DNA of 62,363 nt. Origin: an uncultured virus (IMG/VR IMGVR_UViG_3300001596_000066) (Duplodnaviria > Heunggongvirae > Uroviricota > Caudoviricetes). Each line of letters begins with the position of its first letter. Positions within the stretch are counted from its first letter, which is position 1. The DNA is taken from IMG/VR virus record IMGVR_UViG_3300001596_000066; one strand, 5' to 3'. The notes below the pieces were generated by a model. It did no database searches, was not told the origin of the DNA, and saw only the letters and a program-made list of their open reading frames with translations. Shown one piece after another: positions 55,356 through 62,363 of the stretch. The translations under genes were made by a program, and so were the position numbers.

Positions 55356-56257
55356 TGAAGATCACCGAGCTCGGCGCCTACGACGGCATCCCCGCCGCCG
55401 ACTATCACGGCGACCTGCTGACGCCAGAGCCTGCGCTGTCTTCGTCTGGCGCGCGACGCCTGCTTGCGACGTGCCCGGCCAAGTTTTGGTATGAGCGCAA
55501 CAACCCCAAGGCCGATACCGAGGCGCTGCATATTGGGCGGTGCGCTCACGAGTGGTTGCTGGAACGAGAGGCATGGGCAGAGCGGCACGTCGTTCTGCCG
55601 GAAGATCACAACGGGCGCACCAAGGTGGGGCAGGCTCGTCTCGCCGAGATCGCCGAGGCCGGCAAGACGAGCCTCAGATTCGAGCAATTCGAGATGATCA
55701 AGGCGATGGCGGAAGCGCTGGATGCGCACCCGATCGCGCGTAAGTGCTTCGCCAACTGTCGAACCGAGGTCAGCGGCTTTTGGATCGACGAGCGTTGGGG
55801 CATCTGGCGCCGCGTCCGGTTCGACGCCTTGCCGAACGATGGCCGCATTATCGGTGACTACAAGACCTGCGCGAGTGCCGCCGATGCCGATCTGAGGGCC
55901 GCCATCACGCGCTACGGCTACCACATGAACGCCGCTTGGTACCGCGAGGCCGCGAGCGCTCTTGGCCAAATCGAAAACGCCGGGTTCGTGCTGGTCTTTC
56001 AAGAGAAAGACCCGCCCTACCTCTGCCGACCGGTTGTCATTGATGACGAGGATATCGGTTGGGGCAACCTGGAAAACTGGCGCGCCTGTGAGGTGTTCGC
56101 GCGATGCCTCCGCAACAATCATTGGCCCGGTTATACCGACACCGCCTCAAAGCTGGGCCTGACCAAATGGGGCCGTCGGCAGCGTGAAGACGCCGACGAA
56201 CGCGGCCTGTTTCAACTCTCCTACGACGCACAGAAGCCCTTGGAGGCAGCGGAATGA
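55355..56257 (+). CDS. RecE/exonuclease VIII-like PD-(D/E)xK nuclease (DUF3799)
   Basis: LSSSG, EVSGFW, RFD, DYKT, YGYHMNAAWY, EKDPPY. Confidence 0.88.
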   Translation: MKITELGAYDGIPAADYHGDLLTPEPALSSSGARRLLATCPAKFWYERNNPKADTEALHIGRCAHEWLLEREAWAERHVVLPEDHNGRTKVGQARLAEIAEAGKTSLRFEQFEMIKAMAEALDAHPIARKCFANCRTEVSGFWIDERWGIWRRVRFDALPNDGRIIGDYKTCASAADADLRAAITRYGYHMNAAWYREAASALGQIENAGFVLVFQEKDPPYLCRPVVIDDEDIGWGNLENWRACEVFARCLRNNHWPGYTDTASKLGLTKWGRRQREDADERGLFQLSYDAQKPLEAAE

Positions 56258-57375
56258 ACGCTCAAGAGACGCAACAAGCCTTGGCGGCACAGGCCAACGG
56301 CCATCATCGGCCTCCGTCCAGCGAGGCCACCAAAGTCGAACAGTCGCGGGCCATCGCGCAGGTGCAAGGCGCCTTGCTGGTCGCGATGCAGAACCCGCGC
56401 GATGAACTGCGGGCGATCGAGCGGATGCGGGATGCGTGCGGTCAGTTTCAATTGGCAGACAACGCGTTCTTCAAGTACTCGCGCGGCGGGTCGACGGTGA
56501 CCGGCCCGAGCATCCATCTGGCGACCGAACTCGCGCGGTGCTGGGGCAACATCGAATACGGCGTCAGCGAGATGCGTCGCGATGACGCCAGCGGCGCGTC
56601 GGAGATGGCGTCGTACGCCTGGGATCAAGAAACCAACAACCGGGTCACCACGACGTTCATTGTCCCTCACAAGCGCGACAAGCGGGGCGGCGCCGTTCCG
56701 CTGGTCGACCTGCGGGACATCTACGAGAACAACGCCAACAACGCGGCGCGCCGGCTCCGCGAGTGCATCCTGCGCGTGCTACCCAAGGCGTTCGTCGAAG
56801 AGGCAAAGACGCTCTGCATGCGCACGCTCGAACACGGCGGCGATGTGCCCCTCAACGAGCGTCGGGCAAAACTGCTGGAAGCTTTCGCGTCGCTCGGTGT
56901 CACCAAGGCTCAGATTGAGCACAAGGTCGGCCGGAAGGCGGACGCGCTCACAGGGCTAGATCTTGGCGTGCTGCGCGTCACCTTCACGTCGCTCAAGCGA
57001 GGCGAAACGACCGTCGAGGATGAGTTCCAGGTCGACCAGACAGAAGAGGTCGCGGCGCAGATCGAGGCCCAGGCGAAGGCCGCGAAGAAGCCGGCCGCCC
57101 GCAAGGCGAAGAAGCTACCTGATCCTATCCCGGCCGAGCCCGTCGAGAACGAGGCCAGCGCAAGCGACAAACCAAGCGGCCAGATGACAACAGACGAGTT
57201 CCAGTACTTCCTGGATCAGGTTCAGAAAACCCACAGCAGCATCGGCGCCAAGGGGTTTGAGGTCTATCGCAACTCGCCGTCATTCAAAGACCCGTATGCG
57301 CGGCTGACAGAGAAGCAAAAGACATCCTTCGACGAATGGGTTGGCGCGCTGACAAAAGGTGACGCCACGTCATGA
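56254..57375 (+). CDS. Conserved phage protein, putative recombination partner of the RecE-like nuclease
   Basis: NPRDE...VTGPSIHLATELARCWGNI...AWDQETN; position. Confidence 0.6.
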   Translation: MNAQETQQALAAQANGHHRPPSSEATKVEQSRAIAQVQGALLVAMQNPRDELRAIERMRDACGQFQLADNAFFKYSRGGSTVTGPSIHLATELARCWGNIEYGVSEMRRDDASGASEMASYAWDQETNNRVTTTFIVPHKRDKRGGAVPLVDLRDIYENNANNAARRLRECILRVLPKAFVEEAKTLCMRTLEHGGDVPLNERRAKLLEAFASLGVTKAQIEHKVGRKADALTGLDLGVLRVTFTSLKRGETTVEDEFQVDQTEEVAAQIEAQAKAAKKPAARKAKKLPDPIPAEPVENEASASDKPSGQMTTDEFQYFLDQVQKTHSSIGAKGFEVYRNSPSFKDPYARLTEKQKTSFDEWVGALTKGDATS

Positions 57376-57689
57376 CCACCAAGAAGCCCGACGTCTACAA
57401 GCCCGCCCCCCGCCACCTGATGACGGACAAGCCGGAAGCCGAACGCGCGCTGCGCCAGATGGAGCGGGCGACCACCCCACCCAAGCCCGCCGCGCCGAAG
57501 CTGAGCGTTCCAACGCCCGCCCAAATCATTAGCGATGTCAGTTGGCTGAAGGCAGCCGCAGCCGAGATCGCCTCAAGCAGCCCTGATCTGGACGCGGCTG
57601 GGTTCGATCGCATCCCAATGGGGATTGCCGATCATCTACAGGCCCTCGCCGCCGATGCCGGGGCGGAGGGCGATGGGGGTGGGGCGTGA
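57372..57689 (+). CDS. Hypothetical protein
   Basis: Coupled. Confidence 0.55.
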   Translation: MTTKKPDVYKPAPRHLMTDKPEAERALRQMERATTPPKPAAPKLSVPTPAQIISDVSWLKAAAAEIASSSPDLDAAGFDRIPMGIADHLQALAADAGAEGDGGGA

Positions 57690-57991
57690 GTGACGAGATT
57701 GACGACCTGATTCAGAGGCTTCGACAACTCGGCGTCGATTTGGCCGCCAAAGAGGCATCTGACAACGAGGAAATGTGCAGGTTGCGTATTCGCATCGCCG
57801 CCCAGGACGCGGCCCTCGCGGATGCGCGGGAGGTGGTGCGCAGCTTCGATTTCCCGACACACGGCAACCACGGCGGTCCGTTGGTGGCCGGCAAGGTCTG
57901 GTACGAGGACGGCACCGAAAAGCCGATTGCAAAGGAAGACATAGCCCGAGCCCGCGCGTGGCTCAAGGACCATGGGGAGGGGCAGAAGTGA
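57686..57991 (+). CDS. Hypothetical protein
   Basis: Coupled. Confidence 0.55.
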   Translation: MSDEIDDLIQRLRQLGVDLAAKEASDNEEMCRLRIRIAAQDAALADAREVVRSFDFPTHGNHGGPLVAGKVWYEDGTEKPIAKEDIARARAWLKDHGEGQK

Positions 57992-58711
57992 ATGCTTCGT
58001 CACCTCGATCTGTTTTCTGGCATCGGCGGGTTCGCGCTTGGTTTGGAACGCACGGGCGGTTTCCAGACAGTAGGCTTCTGCGAGATCGACCCCTATTGCC
58101 AGCGCGTGTTGGCGAAACACTGGCCGGGTGTGCCGATCTATGACGATGTCCGAACCCTTGACCCAGCAGCAATTGGACCTGTGGACATCGTCACGGGCGG
58201 GTTCCCATGCAAACAGACAAGTGTCGCCGCTGCGATCCACGGAAAGCGCACGGGTCTTGATGGCCAGGAAAGCGGCCTATGGTGGGAGTATCTGCGACTT
58301 GTGCGCGCCATCCGGCCAGCTTGGGTCGTTGTCGAAAATCCAACAGGCGTCAATGCATGGGCCAGTGAAATCGCTGGTGGTCTGGCGGGGACTGGCTACC
58401 GAGTTTCCCGACACGAACTGTCGGCTGCGGATCTTGGTGCGCCTCATGCGCGAAGGCGTGTCGTCTTTGTTGCCAACCGTCACGTCAAGGGATTGGAGGT
58501 CGCCTGGCCGGCCGGATCACCCCAGATTGCTGCGCTCCCGTGGCCTGCCTCTTCCCGAGACCTTTGGCGAGCGGATCAGTCCGGAACTCTGCGAATGGAT
58601 GATGGGCTTCCCGATCGGATGGAGCGAATTGTGAGCCTTGGGAACGCATTCATGCCTCAGAAGGCGCAAGCGATCGGCTACGCGATCCTCAAAGCGGAGA
58701 ACGCCCCATGA
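57992..58711 (+). CDS. C5-cytosine DNA methyltransferase, alpha-type chain lacking motif IX
   Basis: LDLFSGIGG, GGFPC, ENP, GAPH.R.R, LGNA. Confidence 0.9.
   Translation: MLRHLDLFSGIGGFALGLERTGGFQTVGFCEIDPYCQRVLAKHWPGVPIYDDVRTLDPAAIGPVDIVTGGFPCKQTSVAAAIHGKRTGLDGQESGLWWEYLRLVRAIRPAWVVVENPTGVNAWASEIAGGLAGTGYRVSRHELSAADLGAPHARRRVVFVANRHVKGLEVAWPAGSPQIAALPWPASSRDLWRADQSGTLRMDDGLPDRMERIVSLGNAFMPQKAQAIGYAILKAENAP
58128..58634 (+). CDS. Nested alternative-frame beta-type subunit of the C5 methyltransferase
   Basis: Open 168 codons within alpha; ends ISPELCEWMMGFPIGW (motif IX-like). Confidence 0.65.
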   Translation: MCRSMTMSEPLTQQQLDLWTSSRAGSHANRQVSPLRSTESARVLMARKAAYGGSICDLCAPSGQLGSLSKIQQASMHGPVKSLVVWRGLATEFPDTNCRLRILVRLMREGVSSLLPTVTSRDWRSPGRPDHPRLLRSRGLPLPETFGERISPELCEWMMGFPIGWSEL

Positions 58712-59451
58712 CCACCCCGCCGACGCCGCCCGCGCCGCTGCCGCCGAGTGCGCGGGATGTCACGATTGGCCCGTGTCGGCTGATCTGTGCAGATGCCCTG
58801 CAGGTCATGCCCGGCTTGCCGTCGGTCGATACGATCCTGACCGATCCGGTCTGGCCCAATGCGCCCGCGAACTCGGTGGCCGGCTCCAATGATCCGTGGG
58901 CGCTTTGGTCCGATGCCTGCGCGTCGATGCCCGAAACCAAGCGGACAATCGTGGTGATGCGCTGCGACAGCGATCCCCGCTTCCTGCAAACCGTGAAGGG
59001 CAAGTTCTTCCGCTCAATGCAGTTGCCCTACGTCATGCCAGGTTATCTTGGCCGCGTGCTTGGTGGCGACGAGACCGCGTACTGGTTTGGCGACCCGATC
59101 AAATGGGCAGATGGGCGCCGCGTTGTGCCCGGTCGCGGTCCAAGAGTTCAGCCCGGCGGGAGATCCGCGAACGATCATCCTATGTCGCGCGCTCAACAGC
59201 ACTTCGATTGGCTGGTTCATTGGTGTAGCGACGATGACGAATTGGTTCTTGACCCGTTCATGGGTAGCGGAACGACCGGCGTCAGCTGCGTCAAGATGGG
59301 TCGCCGGTTCATCGGAATTGAGATTGACCCCGGCTTTTTCGACATCGCCTGCAGACGCATTCAAGAGACCGTTGACCAGCCAAGCCTATTCACCCCCGCC
59401 GGCCGCGCGGCGCTAAGGGCGATGGAAGGAAAAGACAATGCCACACCATAG
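58708..59451 (+). CDS. N6-adenine/N4-cytosine DNA methyltransferase (beta class)
   Basis: TDPVW motif IV variant; LDPFMGSGTTG...FIGIEID. Confidence 0.85.
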   Translation: MTTPPTPPAPLPPSARDVTIGPCRLICADALQVMPGLPSVDTILTDPVWPNAPANSVAGSNDPWALWSDACASMPETKRTIVVMRCDSDPRFLQTVKGKFFRSMQLPYVMPGYLGRVLGGDETAYWFGDPIKWADGRRVVPGRGPRVQPGGRSANDHPMSRAQQHFDWLVHWCSDDDELVLDPFMGSGTTGVSCVKMGRRFIGIEIDPGFFDIACRRIQETVDQPSLFTPAGRAALRAMEGKDNATP

Positions 59452-59704
59452 TTCACGTGGGCCGTTTCACGACGAGCCGCCCGAAGAATTTGACAAGATG
59501 CGCGACATGCTTGGCCCAACTGGCAAGTTCCCTCAGGGAAAGCTTGGGCCACATGATGAGGGCGAGTTTCGTTACCGGATTGGGATTGTTGACGGCAAGG
59601 TCGTGGTCGACTTTGGCAAGCCGGTCCACTCGATTGGGTTGGATCGATCGACCGCACGGGAACTGGCTAAGTTCCTGCTTACCAAGGCTGCACAAGTCCC
59701 ATGA
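59438..59704 (+). CDS. Hypothetical phage protein
   Basis: LGPTGKFPQGKL..DEGE...VDFGKPV..IG. Confidence 0.65.
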   Translation: MPHHSSRGPFHDEPPEEFDKMRDMLGPTGKFPQGKLGPHDEGEFRYRIGIVDGKVVVDFGKPVHSIGLDRSTARELAKFLLTKAAQVP

Positions 59705-59925
59705 CCGCCCGCACGCCGGCGCCCGGCTCGCGCTGCCCTCGGTGCACGCTTGCCGATGTTCGCGAGCGTCTGAGTGCCCTCTACCACGCGCATGAAGCCG
59801 AAGAGTTTCTGTACTCGACGCAGCCGCTATTGGACCACCGCCGCCCCATGGACCTGATCAGCGAAGGCAAGGGTGACGAGGTGATCCATCTACTCGATCA
59901 GCTAGACAGCGGGGTTTATCTATGA
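59701..59925 (+). CDS. Orphan Xre/MbcA/ParS toxin-binding domain (DUF2384) 2
   Basis: EFLYSTQPLLDHRRPMDLISEG...V..LLDQLDSGVYL. Confidence 0.75.
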   Translation: MTARTPAPGSRCPRCTLADVRERLSALYHAHEAEEFLYSTQPLLDHRRPMDLISEGKGDEVIHLLDQLDSGVYL

Positions 59926-60281
59926 GCACGACTGACGCGCCGGATCTGAAAGCGCTGCGCAACCCCGAGAGTTGGCCGCAACTAGCCGAACATCTCCGCG
60001 ATCGCCAGTCGCCCATGATTCCAACATCGGATGTTGAGGCATGGCTGCGAGCTTTGGATAGAAATCCGAACAATGCGGGGAGGGTCTACACCCGCTCGAT
60101 CGATGATGCGGCGGCCCTCGTCGAGGGATATCACTTCAGCTGGCGGCTGCATTCAAACGGGTGGGCTCAGGTCGGCAGAAAGTGGTTTGCCAAGGAGTAC
60201 GGAGATCCGGCCCTCGCCCTATGCCAAGCGTTCGTCGACGCCCTCATCGCCACCCGTGACCGCGAGGCGCGCGATGGCTGA
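59922..60281 (+). CDS. Hypothetical protein
   Basis: YTRSIDDAAALV...PALALC. Confidence 0.6.
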   Translation: MSTTDAPDLKALRNPESWPQLAEHLRDRQSPMIPTSDVEAWLRALDRNPNNAGRVYTRSIDDAAALVEGYHFSWRLHSNGWAQVGRKWFAKEYGDPALALCQAFVDALIATRDREARDG

Positions 60282-60513
60282 TCGTGAGAAGCGCCCATCG
60301 GCTTCGTTGCCGAGGTTACATGCGGAAGCCAAGTCTGTCAGGGATTGGATTGCGGGAAGCTCGCACCTAGGCCGCGAGTATCAAGAGATCCATGACTCCT
60401 GCAACGACATCGTCGAGCGTATAGAGGCGATCTCGCGGTATCGACAAGAGCACGGCCTCGACACCGGCATTTCCACTGAAGACAGCCCAGACGACGGAGA
60501 GCGCGATGGCTGA
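60274..60513 (+). CDS. Hypothetical protein
   Basis: GAGG RBS; coupled. Confidence 0.5.
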   Translation: MADREKRPSASLPRLHAEAKSVRDWIAGSSHLGREYQEIHDSCNDIVERIEAISRYRQEHGLDTGISTEDSPDDGERDG

Positions 60514-60871
60514 GCCGAAGCTGCTGCCGTGTCCGCCTGATTTACTCAAACGGATGGCGGATGATCTGCAAGACCGCATTGAAGATCAGTATCGATACGG
60601 CGACCGAAAGTGCCATCCTGGCTTGATACACCGCTACGACCGCGACATGGAGCCGGTCGTCCGGGCGCGGAAGCTGCTCAACATGATGGCCGCTGATTTG
60701 CGGGCTTGTCGGTGCGGCTCAACGGACGTTTCAAAAGATCATGACATGGTCGAATGCCAGAGTTGCGGGCTGTCCGTGCGCGGATTCGGGATGCCGGCCG
60801 ATCTGCATCTTGCTTGGGCAATTCTGGAGTGGAACACCCGCGCCGAGGCGCGCGACAGCGGGAAGGAGTGA
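60506..60871 (+). CDS. Lar-like (restriction alleviation family) Zn-finger protein
   Basis: LLPCP...CRCGS...VECQSCG...AILEWNTRA. Confidence 0.6.
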   Translation: MAEPKLLPCPPDLLKRMADDLQDRIEDQYRYGDRKCHPGLIHRYDRDMEPVVRARKLLNMMAADLRACRCGSTDVSKDHDMVECQSCGLSVRGFGMPADLHLAWAILEWNTRAEARDSGKE

Positions 60872-60875
60872 GGGG

Positions 60876-61076
60876 ATGGAAGGAACAGCCAAGCATCTCA
60901 GAGACTTGAGAGATCACTTGATCGGGGCTTGCGACGCATGGCCTGCGCTAAACCACAAGCAACGGCTGAATCGTCTACAGCGAATGGTGGCCATGTCATC
61001 CGACGCTCTGCTCGCTGAGATCAAGGAGGCAAGAAGCGAGGCCGACGCCCCGCCACGGCGGCCGGCTGAGCGGTGA
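60876..61076 (+). CDS. Hypothetical protein
   Basis: GAGGGG RBS. Confidence 0.45.
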   Translation: MEGTAKHLRDLRDHLIGACDAWPALNHKQRLNRLQRMVAMSSDALLAEIKEARSEADAPPRRPAER

Positions 61077-61080
61077 CGGG

Positions 61081-61425
61081 ATGGCGCGTCGGGCCACATC
61101 ACAGCGCTACGTTTCAGCCAGCCATCTGGCTCGTATCACTGGCCGTTCGGCAAGGTGGTTGACCGGCATGGCTGCCAAGGGTGGGATACCGGGCGCTTTC
61201 CAACCGTCCGGCCCCAACAGCGCCTGGCTATTCGACGAAGGCCAGTTTTGGGGTTGGTTTCAAAACGGGAGACCGGTGCCATGGCAACCATCTACCGACG
61301 CGGGCGAACGTGGTGGGGACGTGTCCAGCGTCAAGGCAAGGAACTCAGGCAGTCCCTTAAAACAACGGCTCGCGGCGTTGCGGAAAAACGCCTCAAGAAA
61401 TGGGTCGATGAACTCGATGCGATAG
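61081..61425 (+). CDS. Excisionase-like winged HTH
   Basis: LARITGRSARWL...G.IPGA.Q....WLFD; overlaps int start. Confidence 0.65.
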   Translation: MARRATSQRYVSASHLARITGRSARWLTGMAAKGGIPGAFQPSGPNSAWLFDEGQFWGWFQNGRPVPWQPSTDAGERGGDVSSVKARNSGSPLKQRLAALRKNASRNGSMNSMR

Positions 61426-62363
61426 CCTACGGCGAAAGGCCGCGGCGCACGTTCGACGACATGGCGCTGCGCTTTGAGGAAGACTATCTCCCGACCCTCA
61501 AACCATCGTCCGCCAAACGATACCAGCTCTCTATCGATGTGCTCGCCGAGACGTTGGAGGGCCTGTATCTCGACGAAATCACCAGCGCGAAGCTGTCCGA
61601 GTTCGAGACATGGCGGCGACGGAGAGGTGTCCGCTTGCCGGATGGCCAGACGGCGCATAAGCCGACACGCCCCATAAGCAGCAGTTCCATTCGTCGCGAC
61701 CTCGCCTGCCTGTCGAGCATGTTTACCGAGGCGGAGGATTGGGGGTGGTTCGAAGGCAATCCGGTGCCACGCTACCTGCGCAGGCGGCGCAAGAAGGGCC
61801 TCAAGGAAGGATCGCCGGGCCGTCGGTATCTGACCAGGGATGAAGAGGCGCGCCTACTGGCAGAAGCGGGTGGCACCCTCGCCATCGCTGTCCAACTCGC
61901 GATCGATACTGGCCTGCGGCGGGAAGAACTGTTCTCGCTGAAATGGCATCAGGTCGACCTTGCCAGGGCCATCGTCAGCACCACAACCGACACGAAGAAT
62001 GGCAAGCCACGCGACGTGCCTCTGCTGCCCCGGTCGGCACAAATCCTGGCACATCTGCCACGGCACATTCGCAGCCCGTACGTGATCCATCACCCAGACG
62101 GTCGGCGGTTCGTTCATCTGAGCCGGAGCTTTACCGGCGCCATGAAACGGGCCGGCCTCAAACCTGCAGTTTGGCATGATCTGCGCCGTACCTGCGGTTG
62201 CCGATTGCTTCAGGATCACGGCAAGGCGATGTCGCATGTTCGCGACTGGTTAGGACACGAGAGCATCAGGACCACGGAAAAGTCGTATGCCTTCCTAGAG
62301 CTTGAGCACCTTCAGCAGGGCCAGAACGCCGGCACAAAAACCGGCACACGGTCTGCGCAATAA
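61281..62363 (+). CDS. int: Tyrosine integrase
   Basis: TGLRREE, TKNGK, HDLRR, LGH, Y catalytic set. Confidence 0.95.
   Translation: MATIYRRGRTWWGRVQRQGKELRQSLKTTARGVAEKRLKKWVDELDAIAYGERPRRTFDDMALRFEEDYLPTLKPSSAKRYQLSIDVLAETLEGLYLDEITSAKLSEFETWRRRRGVRLPDGQTAHKPTRPISSSSIRRDLACLSSMFTEAEDWGWFEGNPVPRYLRRRRKKGLKEGSPGRRYLTRDEEARLLAEAGGTLAIAVQLAIDTGLRREELFSLKWHQVDLARAIVSTTTDTKNGKPRDVPLLPRSAQILAHLPRHIRSPYVIHHPDGRRFVHLSRSFTGAMKRAGLKPAVWHDLRRTCGCRLLQDHGKAMSHVRDWLGHESIRTTEKSYAFLELEHLQQGQNAGTKTGTRSAQ
62329..62348 (+). repeat. Direct repeat CCGGCACA x2, probable integrase arm-type site near att
   Basis: CCGGCACA-AAAA-CCGGCACA at the end of int. Confidence 0.45.

Larger units (their letters stand above)
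1..62363. mobile_element. Lambdoid temperate prophage (integrase to tail fibre); left end and lysis genes outside the window or lost at the gap
   Basis: Ordered modules int-xis / early / repressor-cro / replication / terS-terL-portal-capsid / tail H-M-L-K-I-J. Confidence 0.95.

Noticed and set aside
1..62363. tRNA, rRNA, CRISPR, IS elements, att core
   Set aside because: None recognised by eye; the att core likely lies just beyond the right edge

Overview
A near-complete lambdoid (siphovirus-type) prophage in a GC-rich alphaproteobacterium. The host assignment is inferred from GcrA-, GapR-, DUF6456- and TolA-type domains. From the right end: tyrosine integrase/xis and a + strand early operon (two methyltransferases, RecE-like nuclease, J-domain protein, two orphan MbcA/ParS-type domains). 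Next is the immunity region (hypothetical+PIN pair, PAS-PAS-LuxR regulator, tandem-HTH repressor without a peptidase domain, cro). On the - strand follow replication genes, DUF6456 with a pR'/tR'-like site, terminase, portal, SPP1-like capsid and a lambda-like tail (G/GT frameshift, H, M, L, K, I, J, fibre). An 11.3 kb accessory island splits tail genes M and L and carries three secreted thermonucleases, DprA+PRTase and envelope proteins. A fused CapRel-type toxSAS gene sits between L and K. Bases 1-3820 duplicate 9313-13132 next to a 100-N gap, probably an assembly artefact. No lysis genes, RNA genes or CRISPR arrays were recognised. All family calls come from motif recognition by eye; no searches were run.
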